Below, one piece after another: positions 32,459-44,602 of a stretch of DNA of 64,000 nucleotides. This stretch comes from Leptogorgia sarmentosa (lineage: Eukaryota). How positions within the stretch are numbered: the first letter of the stretch is position 1; each line of letters begins with the position of its first letter. The notes under the pieces are model-generated. The model was not told where the DNA came from. It was given only the letters and a program-made list of their open reading frames with translations, and did not search any database. Location of the stretch: contig OZ210885.1 of the NCBI GenBank assembly GCA_964658305.1, forward strand, positions 12,462,001 to 12,526,000. Direction: 5' to 3'. The translations under genes were made by a program, and so were the position numbers.

Positions 32459-33819
32459 ATGACAATACCCGAATCTACTAATACTCCTGGCACTGCAATG
32501 AATGCAATGAGTCCATCAACACAAATTCTTCAAGATCCTCCTGACTTTCCTATTTGGCTTAAAGTCAGTTTTGCTGTAGTTGCGATACTCGGTGCATTTG
32601 GAAATGGAATTGTAATATACTTAATTTTTTCGAGGCATCAACTCCGTACAAAAACCAATTCCATGGTCGCCTCTTTAGCAGTTTCCGATCTTTTAGTCGC
32701 TGTCGTCCTAATTCCTTCTTTCTTGATTTGTATGAATTTCAAATGCGACCATCTTTTATCAAAGCTATTTTACGATGGCATCCTGTTTGTTTCTGTTTGT
32801 AACCTCTGTTGCATAACTTTCGACAGGTATTTGGCAGTTACACGCCCGCTAAAGTACCACACGGGAATCATTCAACTTCCTGTCAAAACAATGATTGCAA
32901 TGAGTTGGATTCTACCTTGTACGGTATCTTTAGTGCCTGTCATATGGTTATATGGCAGTACCGACAGTGAAAACCAAAGAGTGAATAACAAGATATTCTA
33001 TACCGTACAAGTGGTGCTATTTATGTTTTGCCCTTGTCTCATAATGTTGATTACGTACGCAGTGATCTTGAACATTGTTAGAAAACAGACCCAACGTATT
33101 AGACGTGAATTCCGAAGTGCTGTCATTACTGTTAGCAATACCTCTAACTCGAATTCGATTAAAAGGGAAGGAAAAGCCGCATTAAGAGTCTTTGGTGAGT
33201 CCATGCAAAAAAATTAAATCGTTACAGTTATTAGGATCATTTTTAATATCAGGAAGGAGCAAAATTTCACTACGCAGACGATACATGCCAAAGTTTAGGT
33301 AACGAACCAAGCATTTCATTTGATTTTTGTTCGTGTCGGTAGTTAGCAATCCATTACCTACACTGGCTACATCTTGAAGTTAGTACATAACACTATCTAC
33401 AGTATAAAAATGACGAATATTTAACAGAATAACGTTAACTTCCAGTGCATTAAAATGTGTTTGTGTTTTTGTTAGGTACTGTTGTGGCAATGTTTGTCGC
33501 CTGCTGGAGTATCACAGCCTTCAGAACTATTGTAACACAATACGAGCTCATGGAAGTGTCATGGAATGTTACAAATATTTCAAGATTGCTTTTAGTTGCA
33601 AATTCTGCCATGAACCCTGTCATTTATGCTTTTTGGAAGAATGACATAAACAAAGAGATTAAAAAATTACTTAGACGGGAGCCGCAACTCCCAAATTCAT
33701 CGCTGGTGACGTTCAGATCTGGGGATGAAGGTCTTAGTAACCAAGGAACTCAGAATGTGGCTTCCAATTTTGGCGAAGAAAACAAAATCGAAAATGAAAG
33801 CGTTGATATCAAATTTTAA
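32459..33819 (+). CDS. Class A (rhodopsin-family) GPCR, aminergic/adenosine-receptor-like; exons 32459-33194 and 33476-33819 (359 aa)
   Basis: TM1 GN, TM2 LAVSD, TM3 DRY, TM4 W, TM6 F..CW, TM7 NPVIY; a phase-1 GT-AG intron at 33195-33475 joins the two ORFs in frame. Confidence 0.9.
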
Positions 33820-35199
33820 GAAAAATATTTTGGTGTTCAAGTTTTGTTTATTGGCGTTAATAGCAGGCACGTTCCAGAATTTTCAAGAATTAGGGCAACC
33901 GAGAGCAGAAAAGAATTATAGTTTAATTGTATAATGCCAGACAGCCAGATGGTACGGACACACGAACCCGCTTAGACCCCTTAGTGCGTTTTCGTTATTA
34001 CAAATAAAGGGCTTTTTCTCAAAGTCTATTTTTGTAATTTTTTTCGGGTTCGGTCTGCTAATCAGCATGCTTACAACATCTGTTTTGCACCTCATTTATT
34101 ATATCTCCCTGTAAGTTATATACACGTACACGCAATTACCAATCTTATTGATCTTCGACAGGTCGCGTATCATATTATTTCATTTGTTTTCAAACTTTCA
34201 ATTTTTTTGAGGAATTTCCAACTTTTTAAGAAAATTAAAATCCGACTTTTTAACAAAAAACTTCATAATACCAATAACACAATTCATTTTTTCTGAAAAA
34301 TTTCAACAAGATAGCGGAATATGTCTGACGAAGCTATTCCTGGGGGGTATAAGTGCTTTTAAACAATTATAAACCTATTTACAATCAAATTCAAATTGTC
34401 CAAGGTATTTTGTTAAAAAAAATTCTTTGAGATAATCTGAACGGTTGAACACTTTCAAAATTGCAGTAGTAACAAGTCTGGCAGATTGGCCTTTTCGAAG
34501 CCAAATAACCGGAGTTTGACCTCTTGTTTCTTACTTAGCTACCTCGAATAAATAAGTCCGGCTATTGGGCCTCATTTCATGTTTATGATCCCTTTTCAAC
34601 CCTTGCTGTTGAAAAAAATATTTGGTAAATTACATCTCGGAGTAACCAAACGGGATAACTTGGTGTAATTAACGAACGTGGATATTAATTCTGGACGTGC
34701 ATCAGCTCTATAATCTTAACAATTTCTTCCTCATCTACTCAATAGCAAACCTTAATGGAACTGGCAGCCTCGCCAGTGGTAGCCCTTTTCAATAATGCAC
34801 ATTTTCTATGCGTTATTGTCAGTAACGCACTGGTAGAATTCGTTGTTGCCAGGTAACAAAAACACACGTGATCGAATTTGACCAATGACGTGCGTGCATT
34901 TTGTACAGTGAACGAAGATTTAGCAATTAGACAACGAGGCCGAGTTGTCTATGAGTGAATAGTCAACAAGGCTAATTAAGTTGTCTAATTGTTTTAGTAT
35001 ACACTCTATGCCCAGAATTGTTTATATCAAGAAAATTGTTCAGAAACCTCAGCAAAACCCGAGTTTTCTGCAGTAGCCATATTGTTTTCCTTTGCTTTTT
35101 CGCGAACCATGATATCTATCACGGAATAAACAACTGAGTAACCAATCAGAATGTAGCATTTGTAATAGACGATGGTTGGGTGTATAATAATATATATTA

Positions 35200-35893
35200 A
35201 TTGGACTTATTATATGGCAGACATAAATGGCGCACGCTGATTGGTTGATTAGCGGTCCGGAAAAAGTCATCTTGCCCGCTCAGGAAAGTCATCTTGCCTG
35301 CTCGTGAAACTATTATACAAATAAAATTTTTAAGAAAACTAAATCTTATTATGCCGTACCGTGACGTTGAAGAACACTCCCCGATTGAATTTTACTGTCC
35401 CAGAAAAACACACGACCCAAAATGCTGAGTTTTAAAGTGAAAATAACGGCGAACAAAACAACAGTTCGAAAACTGTTGCGAACATTGTTTTCACAGCACT
35501 TAAATGGCTTCATTTCGCATCGAACATTTGTTGTTTATCACGACATTTACATTGTATTTTTTTATTCAATTTTTTCCTTTGTTGTATTTTTATTGTTTTG
35601 TTGTTGTACAGCAGTGAACGGCCAGAAACCGCCATTCAGTATGCCAGTGTATACGGCTGAACGTTTCAGCAGCGAAAGTATTTTCTATTTCTTTCTACAA
35701 TGTCAGAACAAATTGCGATCGAACAAAGCCATATAATAAATCCCTTATTAACCTCGTTTGCTCGGTCTGTACGGGAAAGTATTGCCTTCGGTTTTTAACG
35801 CACAGACCTCGCTCCTTCGTCGCTCGGTCTGTACGAAAACCCTCGGGCAATACTTTCCCGTACTGACCTCGCACTCGGTTAATAAGTCCTTAA
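35200..35893. mobile_element. Hairpin-ended element (CTCG-bubble family)
   Basis: TGATTGG near the left end; palindrome at ~35735-35893 with multiple CTCG bubbles. A degenerate oppositely oriented relative lies at ~34915-35190. Confidence 0.55.
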
Positions 35894-36505
35894 TACTGCA
35901 CATGTAAACAGCTAGTTATTTGTTGCTTCAAATGCACATGCAGCAAATACAGGCAAAATAACATTTATTTGATTATAAATTTAGTATATCGGGGCAGACA
36001 TCTTGTATATGGTTATAGAATTTGCAAGACATTAACAATAATTGGATTCTCTTCCATATCAAAGCTATTTAAAAATCTGCGTACATTAATTAGTTGGTTT
36101 AAGTTGCGTTTAGAATATTTAGGTTGCATGAGCATATATTCATTGACATTACCAATCACATTTTAGATCTTAACGAACTAAACCTTGCATAAACGAATTG
36201 CTTGTTCGCAATCACGTGACTTTTTTCCCAAATGAAGGGCAATTGAACAACTTGTACACGATTTTTCTCGGTATTCAAGTGCTTGTAGCAAGATAAAATG
36301 ACGTTAACACATCTATCCAAGACTTAAAATGTCTCTAAATCTTAAAATGTCTCCAATTGATCGTTTTTCGTCCTAGTTGCCCGTCAAATGAAATTCAAAA
36401 TTTACGCCATTGCAAACAACCTATATAAGTCCGATTTCGTCCTTAGATGCAGGTCAACTGTTCAGACGTGTAGACGGTAAATCTGAGTTGGTTAATTATT
36501 AACTA

Positions 36506-37278
36506 CAGGGTGTATCAAAAAAAAGTTTACTGATGAAAAACATTCTCTAAACTAACGAGCGCTCAAAATTTCCAAGAACCTTCGGTTAGCATGGGTAGTT
36601 TAACACCCTCTGCTATATCTAGCACTAAGTTTATTTTAAAAACAAGATTTTTTAGAATGGCAAATGTGGTTACTGAAAGGCTCATTAAAAACGGCTTGCG
36701 CGGAAAAAATAAGTTTTCCTCACACAATTTGATTTAATCGGATGAAAATATGGAGTATGGTATACAAGCTATTCAAGTTTTGAGAAATTTGGTGCACGCT
36801 GAGACGAACGTGCGATGTCCGAAAACTGGATTTTCCGCAATTTTTTCGCGTAATTTCGGACCTTTGGGAATTAGCTTCAATTTGCATTGATAATTAACGC
36901 AAATATCCAATTATGCATAAATTAATCGGTAATCACGCAGGAAAGAACGGAAAATCCAGTTTTCGGACATCGCGTGTTCGTCTCAGCGTGGATCAAATTT
37001 CTCAAAACTTGAATAGCTTGTATATCATACTCCATATTTTCATCCGATTAAATCAAATTGTGTGAAGAAAACTTATTTTTTCCGCGCAAGCCGTTTTTAA
37101 TGGGCCTTTCAGTAACCGCATTTGCCATTCTAAAAAAGTTTGTTTTTAAAATAAACTTAGTGCTAGATATACCAGAAGGTGTTAAACTACCTATGCTAAC
37201 CGAAAGTTTTGGAAATTTTGAGCGCTCGTTAGTTTAGAGAATGTTTTTCATCAGTAAACTTTTTTTTGATACACCCTG
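36506..37278. mobile_element. Tc1/mariner-type foldback MITE, 773 bp
   Basis: TA|CAGGGTGTATCAAAAAAAAG...CTTTTTTTTGATACACCCTG|TA; ~330-bp inverted arms and a ~110-bp spacer. Confidence 0.9.
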
Positions 37279-37280
37279 TA

Positions 37281-37352
37281 GTGCTTGCACGGGAATCGAA
37301 CCCGTGACCTCCCGTACCCAAAGCGAGAATCATACCACTAGACCAGCAAGCA
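37281..37352 (-). pseudogene. tRNA-Pro(TGG), degenerate
   Basis: Pro body, loop TT-TGG-GT; acceptor and anticodon-stem changes. Confidence 0.78.
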
Positions 37353-37463
37353 ATTGATGATATCGAAACGTTCTCTAATGTACTTTCTACTAACGAAGAA
37401 AAATATGGGATTAATGTAATATCTCAGCCGTTCCAAAGCATTTTCAAATCTTGCAGCGAAGTC

Positions 37464-37530
37464 ACCGTGATCGTATGGAGGTGGGTACATTGCGTTGTGG
37501 CCGCAATAACCCAGGTTCGAGTACTGGTCA
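37464..37530 (+). pseudogene. tRNA-His(GTG), degenerate
   Basis: His anticodon arm intact; D-loop and 3' end decayed. Confidence 0.72.
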
Positions 37531-37755
37531 GTTATACAGTATACGAATGGCTGGCATGGCCGCATGGGTATTTTCTATAATCCATTCCAATCTGATCACA
37601 GGTTTTAACACAAATTATTAAGTTGCCGTTGTTATTTAAGACGACAGTTCGTCAATAATATTGCTATTCGTGTCGTGTGTGTGTTTGTGCGTGTGTGGAA
37701 AACACTAGGGCAACGCAAGTTCTTGCGGGCTAAATATTATATGGCGGCTGGGCTA

Positions 37756-38169
37756 TTTTTTTTTCCGTAGACAGTCGGTAGCATCCTTGATGGTCGGTAG
37801 CATCATTTACATGTGACCGGCAGTCACAAAGTCGCAGCCTAATATAAAGCTGTTTGCTTACGGTACACGCTTACGGCAAGCTGGCTGCTAGGGCTCTCGG
37901 TAAGGAGCGCAGCATATAACAAACCGAAGCGCGGTGGGACTGGAATTTCTCTTAGCCGGAAGAATTGTTTATTTTTTTAAAAAAGTTTTTTAAATGAAGA
38001 CATTTTTCCTGGCTTCATAGTGTTTAGGGTTAGACTGTTATAAGGTTAGGGTAAGGTTTACCGTTTGGGTTTGGTTTATTTAGTAAACGTAAGTCAAAAA
38101 TTTCCCGAATAAAAAGTCGATGATGCTACCGACCATCAAGGATGCTACCGACTGTCTCCGGAAAAAAAA
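37756..38169. mobile_element. MITE-like element with ~50-bp TIRs
   Basis: T-run+CCGTAGACAGTCGGTAGCATCCTTGATGGTCGGTAGCATCAT mirrored at 38120-38169; internal TTAGGG-like motifs. Confidence 0.82.
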
Positions 38170-38500
38170 TTTTGCGGCGGCTGGTATAGTGGTGAGCTAA
38201 AGAGTAGTGATGCGTTTGATCGTGGATTTCAGTTCGCATGAATAAACAGATACGAAGAAAATATGATGGCCGCAGCGACAAGTGTATTGACACTTAATTT
38301 ATTAAACGTTTAACTTTGTCAAAATTTCAAATGCGTTTTTCTCGCTTATGCATTTCTTACAATTCAAACATGATATCGCCATAAATAGTCGACCAAATGA
38401 CTCGTAATTCACATGGTAAACTCAGTAGACTATGTTCTATGAGGTGAACTAGAATCATCAAAATATCTGGTATAACATTAAAGTTGTGATACTCAGTACT

Positions 38501-40274
38501 CAGGGGCGTAACTTGACTTTGAGCATTGGGGGGGGGGGGGGGGGGGTGGAGTATTTCTGCCCTGCAAAAGGGTGTGGCCGACACTAATTGCCCTGCAAAA
38601 GAGTGTTATATAAAACAAAACAACTACAACACAATTCTTATCATATGTAGTTACAGGTTGCAGAATCAGAATACAGCACGCTAAATGTCAGATATATATC
38701 TAAACAACGCCTTAAAGATCGCACCATGAGTCGTATGCATGTTACGTGAACGGACAAAAAAAATATTCGAATTAAAAATTAACAAGGAGGTTATTTTAAC
38801 AAAAACAATGAACTGCATGTATTGTGTAGATTTTGTACAATGTCAACTTACCGTAGCAAAATTCAGCATTTTCTTTGACGCTTCTACCACATCCTGAGAT
38901 TTTGCCCTACCATTATGCTTGCTTGTATTATGCTTTAAAAAATTATCAGCATTCATCTGTGCATCACATTCTGTACACTTAACCTTTTGTCTATAAATTC
39001 GATTACGTTGAGATTTCGGCTTTTTAGGTAGTGGTCCTTCGTTGCTACCTCACCGCCGAACCTTCCGGTCCTTCCCGTTAAAACTTTAATTAATGCAAAT
39101 ATACACATGTGTGAAAATATACTGTAGAAATCGTGTGATCAATGCACATTAATATGCAAGAATAAAAAGAATAATGTGTTATAACTGAATTTTCTTTTCA
39201 ATATAGCTTACCTTCCATTCCTTAATATATTTAATAATATAACATTATTTACACTCCAAACAACCAAATTTAAATAAAATATCGCATGACTGCATGCAAA
39301 ATGTTTCGAATGCACGTGTAAAATTACAATGTGCAGCGTTTTGATGCGAACATTTTGAACAGCGGCGGAATACCCGCACCTTACTTCATTTTACCCATCG
39401 TATATTCGTTTAATAACAATCCCTACAAGAGTCTGGCACAAAAATGCCAAAAACCCAAAATTAAGAGATTTCGGTTTAATTCGCGACAGTCATTATATAT
39501 TCTCAATTGCAATTTATGTTTTTTCTTTCAATTCTTGTTGTGTGCGACCACACCCAATGTGCGTCGAAATAAAGCAAAGAGAACGACACAATAAAATAAA
39601 TGTAACAGCTATTTCTAAGGAGTTGACAATATGTACATACATAATACATTTGGTTGTTTGGAGTGTTAATAATGTTATATTATTAAATATATTAAAGGTG
39701 CCCTCCACTCATAATGTAAACAAATGCTTTGTTGACATTTTGAACAGCTATTTTTGTAAAATATTATAATACTAACAGCATATCTAACGCTGTTTTGGTT
39801 TGCTATGGTCATAAATGAATATAAACCAGAGTTTTGATTCAGAAAATTTTCGGAACATTACAAATTTTTTGCAATGTTATATCTGCGGGTCCCGATTTGT
39901 TATGAGCAGAACCGATGCGCAGAACGGAGTGGACATCACCTTTAAGGAATGGAAGGTGCGGGACCTTACTTCATTTTACACATCGTATATTCGTTTAATA
40001 ACAATCCCTACAAGAGTCTGGCACAAAAATGCCAAAAACCCAAAATTAAGAAGTTTCGGTTTAATTCGCGACAGTCATTATACATTCTGCGTACGAAAGT
40101 GATATTAAAGATTAAAGCGGAAGTTCGAGATCTTTTTCTATTCATTTTCTGTTCAAAACATATTGCCCTGCAAACTAACAAAATTGCCCTGCTAGAACAT
40201 TGTTTTTAATTTTTGGGAGGGTGTCACCCCCCCCCCCCACCCCCACCCCCCACCCCCCGATAGTTACGCCCCTG
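38501..40274. mobile_element. Non-autonomous hAT element
   Basis: TIR CAGGGGCGTAACT/AGTTACGCCCCTG; 8-bp TSD TCAGTACT/TCAGTACC; internal ~120-bp direct repeat (39378 and 39963). Confidence 0.82.
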
Positions 40275-40645
40275 TCAGTACCATACCAATAAAATGTATT
40301 TTCAATATTTTGTCCACAAAGAATTTATTTTTGCCTGAATCACCATAGTTCTAGTTCATCCCCAAGAGTACGTCCTATACTATTAAACAAAGGTTATTTT
40401 AGGTTTTTATCATTCATACTTCTTGAAATATCATGTTTACAAGTATCGTAATTTTTCTCCACCAGGGGTAATTAACATGGTAACCATGGCAACAGTAACT
40501 TTGACAAACATTTTTTTACGTTAGTGGTACAATGCCCTAAAAACCGTCCAAAAATGAACATCATTGCATTAAAACACAAATTTTTTTTTTTTTTGTATAC
40601 GACCCCCTTAAGTTGAATAACGCGAAACCGCTTGGTTGTTGCACC

Positions 40646-40727
40646 GTAGTCGTGGCCGAGCGGTTAAGGCGACAGACTCGAAATCCGTTGGGAGTTTCCC
40701 GCGCAGGTTCAAATCCTGCCGACTACG
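40646..40727 (+). tRNA. trnS: tRNA-Ser(CGA)
   Basis: Full length; one anticodon-stem mismatch. Confidence 0.82.
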
Positions 40728-41307
40728 TTATGCAAAGTCTTCAACATTTTCGTCTCGAATTCAAACACGATTTTTAGGGGGAAAAACTGGATGAGAGGAA
40801 GTTCTGTTCTCGGTGGTGGTGGCTGAATGTTTAAAGTGACAGATTCAATGTCCAAGTTTTCCATCTAGAAAAATAAAGGAAAGAAGTCCCGTTTTATTGT
40901 ATTAAGGTTATGAAACATGCCAAGAATGAGTTTCTATTTGCGTTGCAATTCAAATTGAAATGGAACAAAATCAAAATATTCTACGTTTGAAGTTCTAGGA
41001 AATTGTTTCACTTTAAACATGATCAGCAAAATATTTTATTTGGAAAAGCAAAATCATGACAACAAAGACTTAAATACAGAAAACACTAAAAGATTTGGTA
41101 TGAGGGATAGAGCTAGTATAATAGCAATGGTTTTGCTAATTTACAATTGTTTTCTTTCTTTGTAAAACGTTACTGTTTAATCTTTGATTAAATTACAGTA
41201 CGTACAATATCGAGTATGTTACAAGTAAGATGAACTCTGAGTTTCACTTTAAAAATTGTTCTCCATCCCCGAAACAAACAGGTCGAACTTCGATAACGCT
41301 ACTTTTG

Positions 41308-41380
41308 AGCCCCATCAAAGATTTTAACTCTGGACCCCTGGTTTACAAAACGAGTGCTCTAACAACTGAACTAATGAGAC
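41308..41380 (-). pseudogene. tRNA-Thr(TGT), degenerate
   Basis: Thr body with many substitutions. Confidence 0.68.
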
Positions 41381-41745
41381 TACTTCTTTCCGTATGAAAG
41401 TCAGAATAGAAAGTCCATCATTACGAAGTTAATTAAACTTAATTTCCTCTATTATCACGTGTTTTCCATGAAATAAATTCTGTTGAAAAATTTTGTTTCA
41501 GGTCACACTTTTCATACAATCACGAGAGTTAACTTGTCTTAACAGCCGAACGCCTAACCGATTGCGCCACAGAGACTGACACTATTCGGAAAACCTTCGG
41601 GAAAAAATATAAAAACAATGGATACTATTTTTGGCCAAAATCTGATTTTTTGCCAAGGCCACATTGAACGGGAATAATAAACAGAACTTCAACGGTGGCA
41701 ATGACCGCAACGGTGATTACAGTAATTTTTGGTGTTTGAATCAGA

Positions 41746-41817
41746 TGCCGTGACCAGGATTCGAACCTGGGTTATTGCGGCCACAACGCAATGTACTAAC
41801 CACTATACGATCACGGC
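41746..41817 (-). tRNA. trnH: tRNA-His(GTG)
   Basis: Complete GCCGTGATCGTATAGTGGTTAGTACATTGCGTTGTGGCCGCAATAACCCAGGTTCGAATCCTGGTCACGGCA. Confidence 0.93.
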
Positions 41818-41927
41818 GACTTCGCTGCAAAATTGGAAATGTTTTGGAACGGCTGAGATATTACATTAATCCCATATTTTTCTTCGTCAGTACAAAGTAC
41901 ATTAGAGAACAATTTGTTACCATCAAT

Positions 41928-41999
41928 GGCTTGCTGGTCTAGTGGTATGATTCTCGCTTCGGGTGCGAGAGGTCACGGGTTCGATTCCCGTGCAAGCCC
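41928..41999 (+). tRNA. trnP: tRNA-Pro(CGG)
   Basis: Complete; identical to Pro(AGG) at 14761 except at position 34. Confidence 0.93.
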
Positions 42000-42184
42000 T
42001 TCACTTCATTAACCAAGCAAGACCTTCTCTATTTTGAAAGCTTCCGTAAATCGTTTCGGTTAACAGCCGAATGCGCCACTGAGACTGACACTATCGACAA
42101 CTTTTGGAAAAAATATTACAATAATGGATACTATTTTTGACAAGGCCACATTGAACGGGAATAAAGAACAGAATTTCGACAGCA

Positions 42185-42242
42185 ATCGAACCCGTGACCT
42201 GTCGCACCCAAAGCGAGAACCATACCACTAGACCAGCAAGCC
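42185..42242 (-). pseudogene. tRNA-Pro(TGG), 3'-truncated
   Basis: 5' end to T-loop present; flanked by Asn (41540, 42054), His (42354) and Glu (42710-42785) relics. Confidence 0.7.
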
Positions 42243-42870
42243 ATTGATGGTATCAAAATTTTCTCTAATGTACTTTGTTACTGAGGAAGAAAAATATGGG
42301 ATTAATGTAATATGTCAGCCGTTCCAAAACATTTTCCAATCTTCCAGCGTAGTCACCGTAATCGTATAGTGATTAACATATATCTAATTCGAGCAAAGGA
42401 AAAACTATTCGAATGGCTGAAGAACCTGCGAATTTCCGTAATATTGGAAAAGCTATACAATTTGGTAATTGACATAGTTTTTGCATTGGTTTCTATCCCT
42501 TAGTATCCCCTTAGTAACTAAAATAACAAGCTCAACTTGTCATTAATCTCTCTCTTGGATCAATTTGATTCGATTAACTCTGAATTGCAACATGGATGGT
42601 GGAAGGGGAAGGCAATAAAATTCGCTGCATTACAAAATATTCAAAAATAGGCTCTGCCGAAACTTGCACGTTTCTCTTCACATGTCACAAATAATCCACA
42701 AATTGTCACTCCCATGGTGTGGTTCTCTGGTTTCAATCCAGCGTTTTTACCGCCATTGCCCTGGTTCGATTCCCGGCGTGTGAATTTTTTCTGAAAATTT
42801 CAATTTGAAGCAGCTTGTGTTCACATTCTCAAACTCGTTCTCTGAAACCAAACCATTTTAACAGCGTTAC

Positions 42871-42943
42871 GACCTTGTGGCGCAATTGGTAGCGCGTCTG
42901 ACTCCAGATCAGAAGGTTAAGTGTTCAATTCACTTCAAGGTCA
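42871..42943 (+). tRNA. trnW: tRNA-Trp(CCA)
   Basis: Complete cloverleaf, identical to the 13338 copy. Confidence 0.93.
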
Positions 42944-43294
42944 AGCATTTCTGGCCACGCTGTCTTTCCAAATTTTCTTCGAAATTCAAATTAAAAATTT
43001 TATCGTTATTTTCACATTCAATTTCAACCGCAACACGAGAAACATACTGGCTTTGTAACACAGGAATAGTGAACAAGTTATTCACGAGAAACCATACTAT
43101 TACAAGTTAATAGTTTGCATAAAAGTATTGGAGACAACTACCGTTTTTTCCGTCATAAGAAAAAGGTAAAAGCTATATTTGCGAACCGAAGATAATTTTT
43201 GCTTTGCATAGCGCGGCCGCCATGTTTGTTTTGTTTTGAAGCAAACTGTAGCTTGAGCTTTAATTTGATTGGTTCAAAGTAATAATATTAAAAA

Positions 43295-43452
43295 GCACTG
43301 TAATAAATGAAAATTTAACTGTGATTACACAAAATTGCACTGTGATTACACAAAATTGCACTGTGATTACAGAAAATTGCTTTGTGATTTCACGAAGTTG
43401 CACTGTGATTACAGAAAATTGCTTTGTGATTACACAAAGTTGCACTGTGATT
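43295..43452. repeat. 21-bp minisatellite, about 7 units, homologous to 4479-4911
   Basis: TGCACTGTGATTACACAAAAT units with the same flanks. Confidence 0.85.
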
Positions 43453-43652
43453 TGGGATTAACTGAACAGAAATGAGCTAATCACAGTCGAGTAATACTTT
43501 TATTTATATTATCAAGAAAGAAACAATCAAAAGAATCCATTTTATTCCTAAGCAACCTTGGGCCTACGTCTCACGCTGTCACCTCAGAGTGTACGTGACT
43601 TATAGATGTGAATGTTTAGTTGAACAACGCGAAACCTGTTGGTTGTAGTAAG

Positions 43653-43734
43653 GTAGTCGTGGCCGAGCGGTTAAGGCGACAGACTAGAAATCTGTTGGGA
43701 GTTTCCCGCGCAGGTTCAAATCCTGCCGACTACG
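43653..43734 (+). tRNA. trnS: tRNA-Ser(AGA)
   Basis: Complete cloverleaf. Confidence 0.93.
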
Positions 43735-44039
43735 TTATGCAAAGTCTTCAACATTTTGGCCTCGAATGTGAACATGATTTTTTTAGGGGGGAAAACTCTA
43801 GGAGAGGAATTTCTGTTCTCGGTGATGGTTGCTGAGTGTTTAAAGTGACAGATTCAAGGTCCACGTTTTCCATCTACAAAATCAACGGAAAGAAGTCGCG
43901 TTTTTTATTGTATTTAGGTTATGAAACATGCCATGAAAAATTTTGTATTTGAATATAAAATAGAAAAAACAGAAGTCCGTGAATTGATTATAGCTGCGTT
44001 TGAAAGTTTATGTACGTAATTAACCTAGTAGACTACACA

Positions 44040-44109
44040 GGGAAGGTTAGCCCAGTGGTAGAGCATTCGACTGCAGATCGACGCGCTGGTTCAAATCTAC
44101 CCGCTCCTT
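44040..44109 (+). pseudogene. tRNA-Cys(GCA), degenerate
   Basis: Anticodon arm retained; other stems decayed; Cys-module flanks. Confidence 0.72.
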
Positions 44110-44602
44110 CTTCCTTCCTTATACTTGAAACCTTTCAAATTCTTTAAAGCGGCCTGATGGAAAATATGCGACCCAAACGGTTAAGATGCATATACTACGA
44201 TTCTTGTTAAATATATCCACTAGTACTTGAAAACGATTAGTCATAAACAATGCCTATATTTGAATTTTTGTCCGAGTAACAGTTTTTTAGACGTACATAT
44301 AAAGAATGATTTGGCTGAGTAACCATGGAAACCGTACATATAAAGTTCATATGTTTGGAATCAGCTAGTGCTCTTATATCAGAAATTATGCAACCTAGAC
44401 AGTTCAAAATACGTACAATGAAACATTTCAATCATATTTTCCAGGCCTTTCTTATCACGTTGTTGGCAGTAGCTGGTTTTTCAATTAACAGACATGATAT
44501 GCTGCATACAAATAATCTGGTCAGTTTCCCCCGAAATTTCCAGTCATTTCCAAACATTTAGGGGTAAGGCCCATTTTAACATTTTAAATGACCAATCACA
44601 AC

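Noticed and set aside
38020..38075. Interstitial telomere
   Set aside because: Only isolated TTAGGG motifs inside a MITE, not a tandem array.
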